Source: Chrysomallon squamiferum
Taxonomy: Eukaryota; Animalia; Mollusca
DNA: 64,000 bases
NCBI GenBank assembly: GCA_012295275.1
Contig: CM022665.1
Coordinates: 18,228,001 to 18,292,000, forward strand
Direction: 5' to 3'
Both the position numbers and the translations under genes were made by a program. Of the stretch, positions 13,552 to 25,305 are shown piece by piece. Below the pieces are notes generated by a model. It was not told the origin of the DNA. It saw nothing but the letters and a program-made list of their open reading frames with translations, and ran no database searches. Each line of letters begins with the position of its first letter. Position 1 is the stretch's first letter.

Positions 13552-13995
13552 TTTATTTTTGAAATTCGCAAACTATGAAGATTTATTGCAAATCGGGAGT
13601 GTCCGATGTGGTCTTGTGGTTAGGATCCCTGGATTTCACCCATTTGACATGGATTCAATTCTCGGCATCGGAATTATTTTCATTTATTTATATATTTATT
13701 ATACTGACGATTTTGATGTAGTCTAGAGATTTTAGAAGAACACAGTTAGTAGATAAGAAACTAAAACAATCAGGGACTGATATCATTTTTTTAATATCTA
13801 AATTAATGATAATATTTGTGGTAAATACGAACATTAGTTACATTACTTTGAGTCAGAAATGATGGTTTGATAAAATGGTTTGACGTATAAAATTATAATG
13901 TTTCTTTCCAAGTATTATTCATTGAAAAATAATAAAATAAAAATAGTACAGATAATGGTTTACTTATAAACACAGAAGCTGTACTAAAAGAAAGA
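12736..13995. repeat. Imperfect inverted repeat between the two Ig genes
   Basis: 12736-12785 matches the reverse complement of ~13945-13995. About 13080-13290 matches the reverse complement of ~13650-13920, with indels. Confidence 0.9.
13602..13673 (+). pseudogene. tRNA-Glu(TTC)-like pseudogene
   Basis: 72 nt starting TCCGATGTGGTCTTGTGGTTAGGAT. The acceptor stem TCCGATG/CATCGGA is intact and the anticodon loop is ATTTCAC, but the anticodon and T stems are mismatched. 3'-half copies lie at 13262-13289 (-) and ~13341-13376 (+). Confidence 0.8.
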
Positions 13996-14426
13996 TACGA
14001 GTTTTATTCAAAATTATTCACCATAGGACAAACAGATATAATGAAAAATAAGGAACAAGAAAATCTATAATTTGGAGATGGTAGTGATAATTTTACTGAA
14101 ATTACTGACTTATATTTCAGAGCAGCTTATAATGTAATATTTACATATTGTAAATTGTATGAATATGGCAATATCGCATCTAATGCATGTGCTATAATTA
14201 TGAAGGATGATGAAGGTTTGGTATTGTGATGAATTGTTTTATTTAATACCTGTCTTTAATGAATTATCTGTTCTAATATTTAAGACAATTTTCGTTAGAT
14301 CACATAAAAGAACAATAATTCAAATAAATACAATTCAAGTAAAATTTAAAAAATCGATCCCTGACTTTCACCTAAATGGATATGGTTCAATAATAATAAT
14401 AACAACAATAACAATAACAACAAAAC

Positions 14427-14530
<104 letters not shown>

Positions 14531-14962
14531 TGGAACTGACACAGTATTTTCTTTAAATTACTATTCTCATCCGTTATTTATTGTTATTGTTTTCCTCTCT
14601 CTGTGTCTCTTTTTCTTTCTCTTTTTCTCTATTTAATTATCATCATCATCATCAACCTCTTTTTCTTTTTCCTTTCTTTCTATCCTATTTTTGCAAAACG
14701 CAATATCTGCTAATACGCAGTTATATTTTAGATCGAAAGTACCTTACACATTTTCGGCGCGAAATGATTAAACTCAGAATTCTCGTAAAAAAGAGCGTGA
14801 GTTAACGAGATCAGACTTTTTTTAAACAGTATTTGTTGATAGATATCTGTTTTGGATAAATATAAATGTTATAATTCCCACGAAGCTGTTTTTATATTAA
14901 AACTTTGTGACAATGTTAAGCCCATCCTGATCTGTCGAAGACTATACAAAGAAGAAGGGATT

Positions 14963-16838
14963 ATGTCAGTAATTCGTAATATGTATGTTCTAATACTTTT
15001 ATCCACGTTTTTTCCATGCGCCATTACAGATGCAGGTATTTGACTGTTTATGTAGTTTTTGTAATTTTGTACCGAAAAAGCACATCCCAAATTGTTATCC
15101 CAATATTATTATCATTCTCGTCATTATTATTATTATTATTATGATTATTATTATTATTATTATTATTATTATAGCAGTGCTAGAATATAAATGACATCAA
15201 CTAATGACGTCATGTACTAGGGCCACCTCAGAAATTTTTCATAGATGGGTTCAGCATTTAAATTATTAAATTAATTAAATTTATAGCTATTTTCAAAATC
15301 TAATGAAAAATGAATAAGTTCTGTTATAAAGCGTTCTGTCTTGTGTCATGTTTATCATGCAAAATAAAGTACACTGTGCTCGCAGATTGGAAGATATACA
15401 AGTTCTGAACAAGTCTAGTACGCGTTTGAAACATGGTTCTGATAAAAGACTGCATATAAATAATAATAATAATAATAATAATAATAATTCTTTGATCTTC
15501 CTTCAGAAACGTTGTTTCTCTTTTGAACAGGCAGCAGAGTAAGTAGACACACTGTCTACTTACTCTGCTGCCTGTTCAAAAGAGAAACAACAAAAAAAAT
15601 AATAATTAAAATAAAGAGAATAGAAATAAAAAACAAATGAATAAATATATAAATAAAACATTTATACTAAACTTGCATGTTTCTCGTGTTTCCCCGAGGT
15701 TATTGCTTTTTTCTGTCTTCTATTTCTATAAATATAATCAAAATTAAAAAGAGTAAATATGTTTTTGTTCAGAAATTGCTGGTGGAGACACTGTGGTGAT
15801 AAAGCAAACTCACACCTTCACCTGTTTCATCAGGGGTGGGAGGGTCACATATCCCATATTTTTTAAGAAGGATGCTCAAACGATCTGCACCATTTCCAGT
15901 GGTGGTCGACAGTACGGTGGTAAATATTGTTGTGACTGTGCAAGTATAATATTTGGAAAGTTCAAATTAACTATAAAAAGTGCTTCTGTGAATGAGGAAG
16001 GTGCCTGGCAATGCAGTGATAACAGTCCAGCAGTTAGTACACCTGTTAATTTAGAAGTTCATAGTAAGTTTTCAGAATTAATCAATCTCTTCCTGCATCT
16101 CATTACATCTCTCTCTATCTCGATTCTAGATACGTACTTACTTATCGTCAAAACTGACTCAGCACATTCTTAGTCACTTAATGATTCAACTTGATGTGAG
16201 ACTTGTAATCACAGCATTATACAATTAAACATTAAGCATAATTTTCTTATTATGTTTTCTATTTATTGAATTAATAAAAACAATTTATATAAAAAATATG
16301 TTTTTATTTTATTTCATGCACGTAATATTTTAAAAGAAAATGTAATATTATTTTTAAAAAAAAGAAAAAAAAAAGGATTAGGTGGGAGAGTCAATGGAGT
16401 TCTCCTAAAACTTAATAATAAGAAATGAAAAGGGCTTATACCTTTTCCCATATTGGAACAGTTTCCCAAATGTTTAATAACAAAACAATTAAAAAGGTTA
16501 TAAGTTTTTTCCCTTATCAGTTTTAATGTAGCGGCTTTTCACAATTGCCAACAAATTATAATTCATATTTCAGAAAATGGACTACAAATAAATAAATAAA
16601 TACATGATATAGGTGTTAAGCAAACTCTTTACATGACACATTTTTGTCAGAAAGAAATAATTAAAAGATGTAATATGTATATTAAGTAATGTTATCAGCT
16701 TTCCTTAACAGGAAATAGGAAAACAAAGATTTTGTAGTTCAGTGCCATATTCTGCATAGCACCCACCACCTTACTGATCAAAGCTAACAACAAATAGTAC
16801 AGCCAAAACATTTTCTGTCTTATTTCAATTTGTCCTCG

Positions 16839-16869
<31 letters not shown>

Positions 16870-19645
16870 TGAAAATACGATTCCTGCATTCAAATTGCTA
16901 AATTGTAACATTAAAAGTTACAACTTACTGTTTTTCTGTTTATGGCCAGATGCATTCAGTTCAAAAAAAAAAAAAAAAAAAGAAAGACACCTGTCATTCG
17001 ACACCATATAATCATGGAAATGAATGTGTAGATTGCATTGTTTAAAAAAAAAAAAAACACCCAAAAACCTGCTTCTTATTTTATTGACATTTAAACTAAA
17101 AACAGTTAAAATTTTGTAATGTTTAATTTATAATTTTATGCTGTCAGCTATTTTCTCTTTACAGCTCCTGTCACTGCTGTCTACACTGAAGTTGCAGGGT
17201 CTAGGCCAGACTCTGTTAAACTTGATGAAGGAAAGTCGGTAGGATTGACTTGTTTAATAGAAGGAGCTAAACCTGACCCTAAAAGTTCACAAATTAAATG
17301 GTATGTAGGCAATGCAGAGTTAACTGGCACTGTTGTAGGAAAAGTAGTGGCTGCTAACAGGACTGCAACATTGAACATGTCGTATGAAGGGAACCTATCT
17401 GATGATAACAAAAACATTTATTGTTCTGCTATAAACAGTGTCATGGTGGACCAAGACAACCAACCTGTTTTTTCCAGCAATAAAATTAAACTGATAAGTG
17501 AGTGGTTACTTTTTATATTTTTTTTTTTTTTTTTATCATAATTTTATTAGTGGTATTAGAAAATTCTTTTTATTATTTTTGTTATTATTATTATAACTAT
17601 CGCATTGTTTCACTTCACAAACAACTTGTATATTTATATTAGTATTATAAGATAAATTAATTCAATATCTGCCATCTGTCATCTGCTGGTGACACAACTG
17701 TTGATAAAATGAGTTTCATTACAAAGAAAGAAAATGATTTGCCAGTGAGAAAGAAATGTTCTGTCATCTCGCTTCTAACAGTGCTCCATAACTGGTGCAG
17801 TAAAATGTGCTTTTGTATGTGCTTTTGTGTTCAGAGAAGAAGAAAATAATTATCAAAATATTTCTTTATGGAAGTAGGCCATAGAACAATGACAGTAAAA
17901 TATTATTAACTTTATACTGACTGTCAATAACATTAAATATTCATTTGTCGACTACTGCCCACATGTTATTATAGTAAAGTGAATTTAATGTTGTAGTGAC
18001 TTCTTCAACGCAATATACTAGTGATGTATACATTTACAGTTTTAGAAAACAGTGCCAGTCTTCAATCATCCTTTATGCTTTCTCTTATGGTGGTGTAAGA
18101 AAATTTTCTATTTCTGTTTACTTATGGATTGTTATTAAATAATTATTTTCTCATTTTAATAGATTTATTATTTTCTTTTATGTTTGAATTTATTTATTTT
18201 AAATTTATTATGTTCAGTGCACACACACACAGAAATCTTATTTGAGCTAAAACTGTAAAAAAAAATTGAAACACAAATGAGATGAAAGAAACCCATAAGA
18301 ACTTGAAAGAACAAATACGTTAAAGGGAAGCTTTTGAGTTGTGGAACATACTAACGAAGAAAAATCAAATATACCATTTTCAAATACCAAACTGGTTACA
18401 ACTTTATTTATTAAAAGTCATGTTTGTATGATACATTAATGTCATGTGCATTGTATTTTAGTGACAGCTATAAGTGAGTAAATGTCACTGAAATGCTGGC
18501 TAGCTCAATCACTACACATACGTATACAAATTTTTTTATATTTGTTTGCTTGTTTATTACTGTTGTCTTGCTTATTTGACTTATTTATATATGGTGAACA
18601 ACACTAAAAATGAACCATCAGTTGGTGATAATAAATGTGAATGGAGCGGATATCAACCAGTAAGTACTGTATTTCCTTAGAAACCATGCATAACCTTTAG
18701 AAATAACTGCATGTAAACCCCATGAAGAACAATTCCTGAACACAATAAATTTAATGTATACTACAAAAACGTAAACTGAAGGTTAAAATCATGTTGACAT
18801 GGGCTATAAAAGTTGATCTCTAAATAGCTACTTTCATTTATGAAGTAGTCTGAGAAAATGTTAGAAAGTGATAGCAAGACTGACAGCTGAGGAAACTGAA
18901 TTTGCCTTAGGCATGCTTCAGTTCTGCATTTTGTGTAGATTCATTGGACAGTGATTTGGATGCCACCATTCAACAATTATTAGATTCCACAGAAAATATT
19001 AGCAGACAGGAACCACCACAACATATTGTTCATCTGCACCTTTGTAATCATGGTCAGTGGCAGGAATCAGTTAGGCTTGTTACTACAGTAAATGCTCACA
19101 GAAATGGAAAATGCACTACAGCAGGAGTGGAATGCTATCCCCCAGATCTGTTTGCAGACATACTGGATTGATGATAAAACATTGCATGGCTTGTTGATTT
19201 TCATGTTGTGCAGAATTAAACCTAATCAAGGACTGTATACCTTTTTTTGTTTGTTGTCATCCAATTGCTGTTCACAAGAAAAATACTTACTGCTCAGAAA
19301 TCCAAATATTTGTTTTCAAAACAGTTCAGTATATTTATTTCTTATTGATTTACTTGTTTTTTAAAATTTGCTTTTATTTCTTTGTGTAATTTATTTTATT
19401 CTTTTTTTGTTCAATTTTACTTCAGTGGAAGAGATTTTAAATGATCTTATTAATTATCTGATACGATTAAGAAACTGGATTAGCTTAACAAAAGATTTGA
19501 AAGAAACAACTTTTATGTCATTGTTAGTTCTTGAATTATTATTATTTTTCCTTTTTATTTTTATTTATTTATTGTTTTTCTTTCATTCACTGCAACTGTT
19601 TTCACTGATTAATCTTCTTTTCTTTGTTTTTTTTCAGAAAAGTGA
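14963..19645 (+). CDS. Gene B: predicted secreted two-Ig-domain protein (leader + V-like Ig + C2-like Ig), ~234 aa
   Basis: Exons 14963-15035 (MSVIRNMYVLILLSTFFPCAITDA), 15773-16063 (291 nt, Ig1), 17165-17497 (333 nt, Ig2) and probable last exon 19638-19645 (KK*), whose downstream sequence is homologous to the 3' region of gene A. Canonical GT/AG, phase 1 throughout. No TM exon was found. Confidence 0.87.
15511..15591. repeat. Perfect hairpin: 39-bp arms, 3-nt loop, in intron 1 of gene B
   Basis: GTTGTTTCTCTTTTGAACAGGCAGCAGAGTAAGTAGACA-CAC-TGTCTACTTACTCTGCTGCCTGTTCAAAAGAGAAACAAC. Confidence 0.97.
18870..19200 (+). mobile_element. Internally deleted Tc1-like transposase relic in the last intron of gene B
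   Basis: N-terminal-like RLTAEETEFALGMLQ at ~18876 and C-terminal-like LTEMENALQQEWNAIPQ at ~19095, typical of Tc1 transposases. The DDE core is absent. Confidence 0.7.
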
Positions 19646-20349
19646 ATACTTTAAATATGATAATATGATGGATCATAAGTAGAGCTGCGAGAAACAGACT
19701 AAAACATTAACTAAAAACATTCACTGAGGTGTGAATGAAATATATTTTGTGTACATTGAAAATCATATATATACGGCTCTCAGTCAAATGTCAGTTTATA
19801 ATTAAATAGGTGTAAAATTCACTGGAATTTAATAAAGTAGTTTCATCTAAATACTATCCAACATTTCACATCTTCAGCTGTTCAGATGCAGATGTCTCGT
19901 GTGACCATAGTCTTTCATCTGTATTGACAGGTGATTGACAATGATCAGAAATATCTGAACTTTACAAAAATTTGCAAAACAATTTTTGCATAATACTAGA
20001 ATTTTAGAGAAAGATATTTAATTTATTATAGCTAATTTAATATACTTGTTCTTAACCAATAGTGTCTTCATATGAGATAAGATTTAACAGTAACATTTTG
20101 TAATATAAACTGAAAGTCTCATACTCCTTCAGTATAACAGTTGCTTATTTTTAGGTTGTTTGAGAGATATTGGATATTACTAACAGGCTTCAGGAGGCAC
20201 GTTCTATTTTAAATGCTTCACTTTTAATGTTATATAAATTTTGTTTTCTATATAGTTTCTAATACAATTTTATTTAGCAAATAACAATAATAATAATAAT
20301 TTAGTGTTTCAAAATATTTTCACAGGAAATTTTAAAAATAATTAACTGT

Positions 20350-21790
20350 GTTGATTTGTTTTTACCCTATTACTTCATTTTTCACACTCTTGAATGCTTG
20401 GTCTTGCCAAAATATTTCTCCTATTGGAGTTTGAGATAACTTGGAAATTAAAACTGTATAGATTAAATTTACAGTAAACATTTTTCATATTAATGAATTC
20501 TGTGTTATTCTTTACAAATAAATTTAGCTTTTGAAATACTTTGACTTCTGTTTTTAAATGTGGTGATCCATTCTTGAGGAACTGAATATAATATTAATTT
20601 ATAAGTATATGAAATCTGTATAAAAGTTAAGTCAGGAAATGTCTCTTGAACTATTTCAGCTATTGTCGATATATTAAGGAATCCTGTAATAAATCCATAT
20701 CTGATATCATCAATAGTTGTAGTTCCATAATCAATGAAAAAGTTCATAAATAGCATTTTAATGTCATGCTTTATAAAAGGAGTGTGAAATAACGGTTGTG
20801 TTACTATTTCAGTAATGCTTTGAGGGAAAACTATTAAAAATGGAAGCGGTATCCCATGCAGATAATAATTCTCTCTAAAAAGGATTATCAATGAAAATAA
20901 TGAATATGATAAATTCGTATTCATATATTTTTAAAGAAATTCTGTCGTTGTAAATTTCCATACTGATTTAATTTCCTTATCAAAATGCTTTTTTAAATAT
21001 TTTTTTTTCAGAAAGGAGTTTTATCAAACATCTTGAATAGTTAAATTTTGGTGTTTTCCCTCACAAATTTCTTGAAAGATTTCTGAATTTATTTTTCAAC
21101 CCACTCAGATGTATGGATTGCTCTAACCATATACCACAGTTTCGCACTTAATAAAGTATACCAAATGACAGCATTACCGTTTAATGTCAATTTTCCTTTA
21201 TTCCATAAATTAATTAAATTGAATTCTTGTTGTTTTTTTTCATTTTTCTATTCTAATTAAGATTTTCACATATATATTTGTTGGGCCGCAAATAAATACC
21301 TACTATTTGTTTAAAGTTAACTGAAATAACAAAGTACTATCATTTTGTTCAGCTTTACCTAATAAAAGTACTTCTGATTTATTGCTCCTGTACCTAGACA
21401 AAAACATTTGTTAAAGACTGAATGTTGCTTACTGTAATTGTAGTATTGTATGAAGTACATGTTTCCGATACTTTGATAGTAAAATATTAGTTTTACTTTT
21501 AGTTAAAAGAGTTAAAGATTCAGCAGCTATTACATACAGCAGCATAGAAACTAGACTACCTTGTCTTTCACTTCTACTGATGTTAAATGTCCATTCATTT
21601 TAATATTATATTTGATATCTTTATAAAAAAATTGTTTATCCAAGAAATAAACTTTTCGCCCAAATTAAGTATTTTCAAAACTTTTAATATAAAACTGTCT
21701 GATGCTCTCATCAAAAAATTTATCTTGATATATTTTTTTTTCTTAATTCTGTTAAATCTATTATATTTCTTACTGACATTACATTATCTC
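20350..21790 (-). mobile_element. Decayed L1/Tx1-like reverse transcriptase region
   Basis: Minus strand near 21570-21510 reads RQGSLVSMLLYVIAAESLT, compared with the RQGCPLSxLLYxxxxEPL RT motif. Flanked by broken coding-like sequence. Confidence 0.7.
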
Positions 21791-23196
21791 AATAAAAATA
21801 CAAGTATAATTTAATATAATATAACATAACATAATAAAAAGAATGGTGTATAACCTAATATGTTCTATCAGCAAAATAAGAACACAAATTTAAAAGAAGA
21901 ATAACAATAAAAGCAAAAGCTGTTTCAGTTCTAAATCAACAAAATAATCAATGTATAAATAAAATAAACAAAAACAACAAGAAATCCAATGCAGGGAATT
22001 GAAAAGGTATGGATCCTTTTATTTATTTATTTTTTTCTTAAAATGTTTATTGAATATTTGGCACTTGTAACAAGCATTTTAAAATAAAATAAATAAAATT
22101 TAACAATAATATTTCTTAATTACCATAGATCTTCACAGTTTACAAACATGAAAATAATAATTTTAAAAATAATAATAAGAATAAAATCAATAAATATAAA
22201 AATTAAAATTAAAAAATTAAAAATAAATAAAAGAGGGTATCTAATATGTTCTGTCAGAAAAATAAGATTAAATAAATTTAAATAATAATAACATTTTTTT
22301 AAAAAAAAGAACAAAAAGACTATTTTTAACATATGTTCTGACAAAATTAAATTTGTAGTGGTAAAAATTATTGAAATTTTCTGAAAAAGTCATCATTCAG
22401 CAAACTTTAATGTTAATTGATCATAAATCTATGACAATGTCTAATAAAAAAATAAAAATAAGAAACTTTATTCTCATTTATTGCAAGAATACATAATAAT
22501 ATTTATTATTCATGATATATACAACATAAAAATAACTATATGTTTAAATATGGGTTAATATTTTATCCATGAATGATATCCTATAAATAAATTTTATATA
22601 ATGTATATTAAAAAAATAAAATAAAATAATAAAATAAAATAAATAAATAAATTAATTAATAATAATAGTAATAATAATAATAATCATAATAATAATAATA
22701 AAACCAATACCTTGCCGGAAATTGAATTCTAGAAAACATCAGATGGTTTTGAATTATCATAAAACTTTATCATTTACAAATTTAAAAATGATTTTTAAAA
22801 ATAAATAAAAATGAAAAATATGAACAGATAAGTAAAAAAGATGGTATGTAATCTCAATATGTTCTAGCAACAAAATAGTAATAATAAATAAGTACAAAAA
22901 TTAAAAAACAAGAAATAAAAAACATGATGCTAAAGAATTATAATAAAACTTCATAGTTTAAAAACATGCGAATTTTAAATAAAAATAAAAATATAAAAAT
23001 AAATTATAAATAAATAAATTAATTAATTAATAATAATAATAATAATATAATAACAACAATAATAATAATATAATAATAACAATAATAATAATAATAATAA
23101 TAACAATAACAAAACTTTTAAAAATCAAAAACAAGAAAAAAAGAATAAAAAGTCATTCCATAACAAGTAAATATATAAATGAAAAAAATGAAACAG

Positions 23197-23268
23197 CTCC
23201 GTTTCTGAGAGCTGAATACAGGCCACCTGAGTAACAGACATGAATCCTAACCACTAGACCACATCAGA
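23197..23268 (-). pseudogene. Degenerate tRNA-Glu-related pseudogene
   Basis: Reverse complement TCTGATGTGGTCTAGTGGTTAGGATTCATGTCTGTTACTCAGGTGGCCTGTATTCAGCTCTCAGAAACGGAG. The A box is intact; the B box and stems are decayed. Confidence 0.7.
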
Positions 23269-23281
23269 AACTCTTGAATTA

Positions 23282-23610
23282 CAGGTACCGGACCAATTAT
23301 CCGGCGTCCTATAATCCAGAAAGACCAGAAAACCGGACGTTTTTTCCCGACACTATTTTCAAAGTTCGCGCGCGTGGATGTTGTCCTCGCCAGACTGGAA
23401 CTACTCTTTCAAGCCGCGTGGCGTTCATTCACTCGCCGCATTGTTTACGTGTCGAGTCGCCACAGTTGTATATTGTCAATTATCTTTATGTTTCTAATTT
23501 TAAAATGTTTATGCCTAATTATTTACGTATTTAGATGCCTTGGTACCAGAAAACCAGAAAATCCAGAAATCCGGAATGCCTCAGGCCCCAAGGAGTCCGG
23601 ATAACTTTAC
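23282..23610. mobile_element. MITE-like insertion (Tc1-mariner/pogo type), one end eroded
   Basis: GC-rich island after TA: CAGGTACCGGACCAATTATCCGG ... TCCGGATAAC. Shows partial inverted ends and CCAGAAA subterminal repeats. Confidence 0.55.
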
Positions 23611-23661
23611 AGTTTACAAATACATGAATTTCAAAAAACAAACAAAAACATTAAAATAAAA

Positions 23662-23692
<31 letters not shown>

Positions 23693-24193
23693 TAAAGTAG
23701 TAGCAGTAATAATAACAATAATAATAATAATAATAATATATTAACCAACCCCCACCAAAAAAAAAAAAAAAAAAAAAAAAAAACAAGAAGCTATTTCAGA
23801 CCTCAGGCCCAAAATCAACAAATAAAACTAATTTTAAAAATTCACATGTTGGGAACTGAATCCGGGCTTTAAATAAAATGATTAAATAAATGAATTTACC
23901 TTCGATCTTTTTGACATTCGCGCATATCTACTTCAGTTGTTTAAAATGTGACATAAACACATGTTCGCTTGAGTACAATTTTTTACCTTTCAACAAAACG
24001 ATAGGCCTAGACCTAGATAGATAGATAGATAGATAGATAGGCGGATAGGCGGATAGATATTTTTTGTATTCATCATCGATTTATAATCTTTCTTTAGAAC
24101 CTCCGAGATAAAACGAGATTTGAATTCGCAATCGGGAAACTATGTCAGGATTAACCCAGGTGAGCATTTAATGCGACACTGACATATATCAGT

Positions 24194-25256
24194 ATGGCAG
24201 TACACGAAACCAGTGATGGTAATACATTCCTGTCGTCAGAATGTGTCATAAAGAAAGTTACTGTCTATTCAGATCGAGCCGAAGTGTGTCGAATCGCTGA
24301 AGCAAACGTGAAAAAGGGCGTGAATGAAATTGTTGTGAAGCAGTTACCAAAGTGCATCGATCCGGATTCGATCAGGTAAAATAACAGTAATCTAGTTACA
24401 AGGTCATCTACAAGAAATGTTGCATAGTGTGGTGAGATGGCGACAATAAGTATAGATTTTCTCGTGCGTACAGAATGTGCTATTCTACAATCGGTTCGTC
24501 TTCTATTTTAACCAAAACTTCTACTTGCTTCAAACTTTCATTCCAGTTTTTGGACATTTTCCACTTGTATAAACTATCAACGATTTGGTTGAAGTTATGT
24601 TTGTTATTGTTTTGGTTTTTTTTTTCCCCCACTAAAATCTATTTGTAAATTAAGCATATTATTTTTTGCAACTGTCAACAAAGAATTAAACAATTGTGAG
24701 GTCACTGTCACTGCAGGTGTCCGGTCTATCGACAAAATAACTCTCTATGTATAATTATACTTATAATCTTATTAAACTATTATATATTCCTTTAATAAAT
24801 AATTAAGACATAATCTTCGTTATGTTTTGTTTATTTGGTCCTTTTTTTAATTATTATTATTATTTTTAGTTTGTTTGTTTTAGAGTTGATAGTTGAAGGA
24901 ACATCAGTTATTTGCTAAAGTATTATTAAGTTGGGCAAACAATGAAGCATATTTGTGATTTTTCTTTACTTCCACAGAGTTGAGGGTAAAGGTCCAGCAA
25001 CCCTTGTTGAAGTTTCCTTTCAAAGGAAATTTCTGCCTAAAAATGAAGCAGAGATTTCACAAAAGGAAAAAGAATATACTGCTGAACTGGAAAGTCTGGA
25101 GAAGCAGAAGGCTGAACTTACAGCCAAACTTAATGTTGTTGACAAACAGAGGGACATACTTCATACATTTGCTCAGAGTATCTCCAGTGGGCAGAATTCA
25201 GGGGTTAGTTCATTTACTTTTAAGCATAATTGTCTGGAAACATAAGTTTTAATGGG

Positions 25257-25305
<49 letters not shown>

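Noticed and set aside
13602-13673. Functional link between the tRNA-Glu relics and QRSL1
   Set aside because: GatCAB acts on mitochondrial tRNA-Gln. These are decayed nuclear-type copies ~45 kb away, so the proximity is coincidental.
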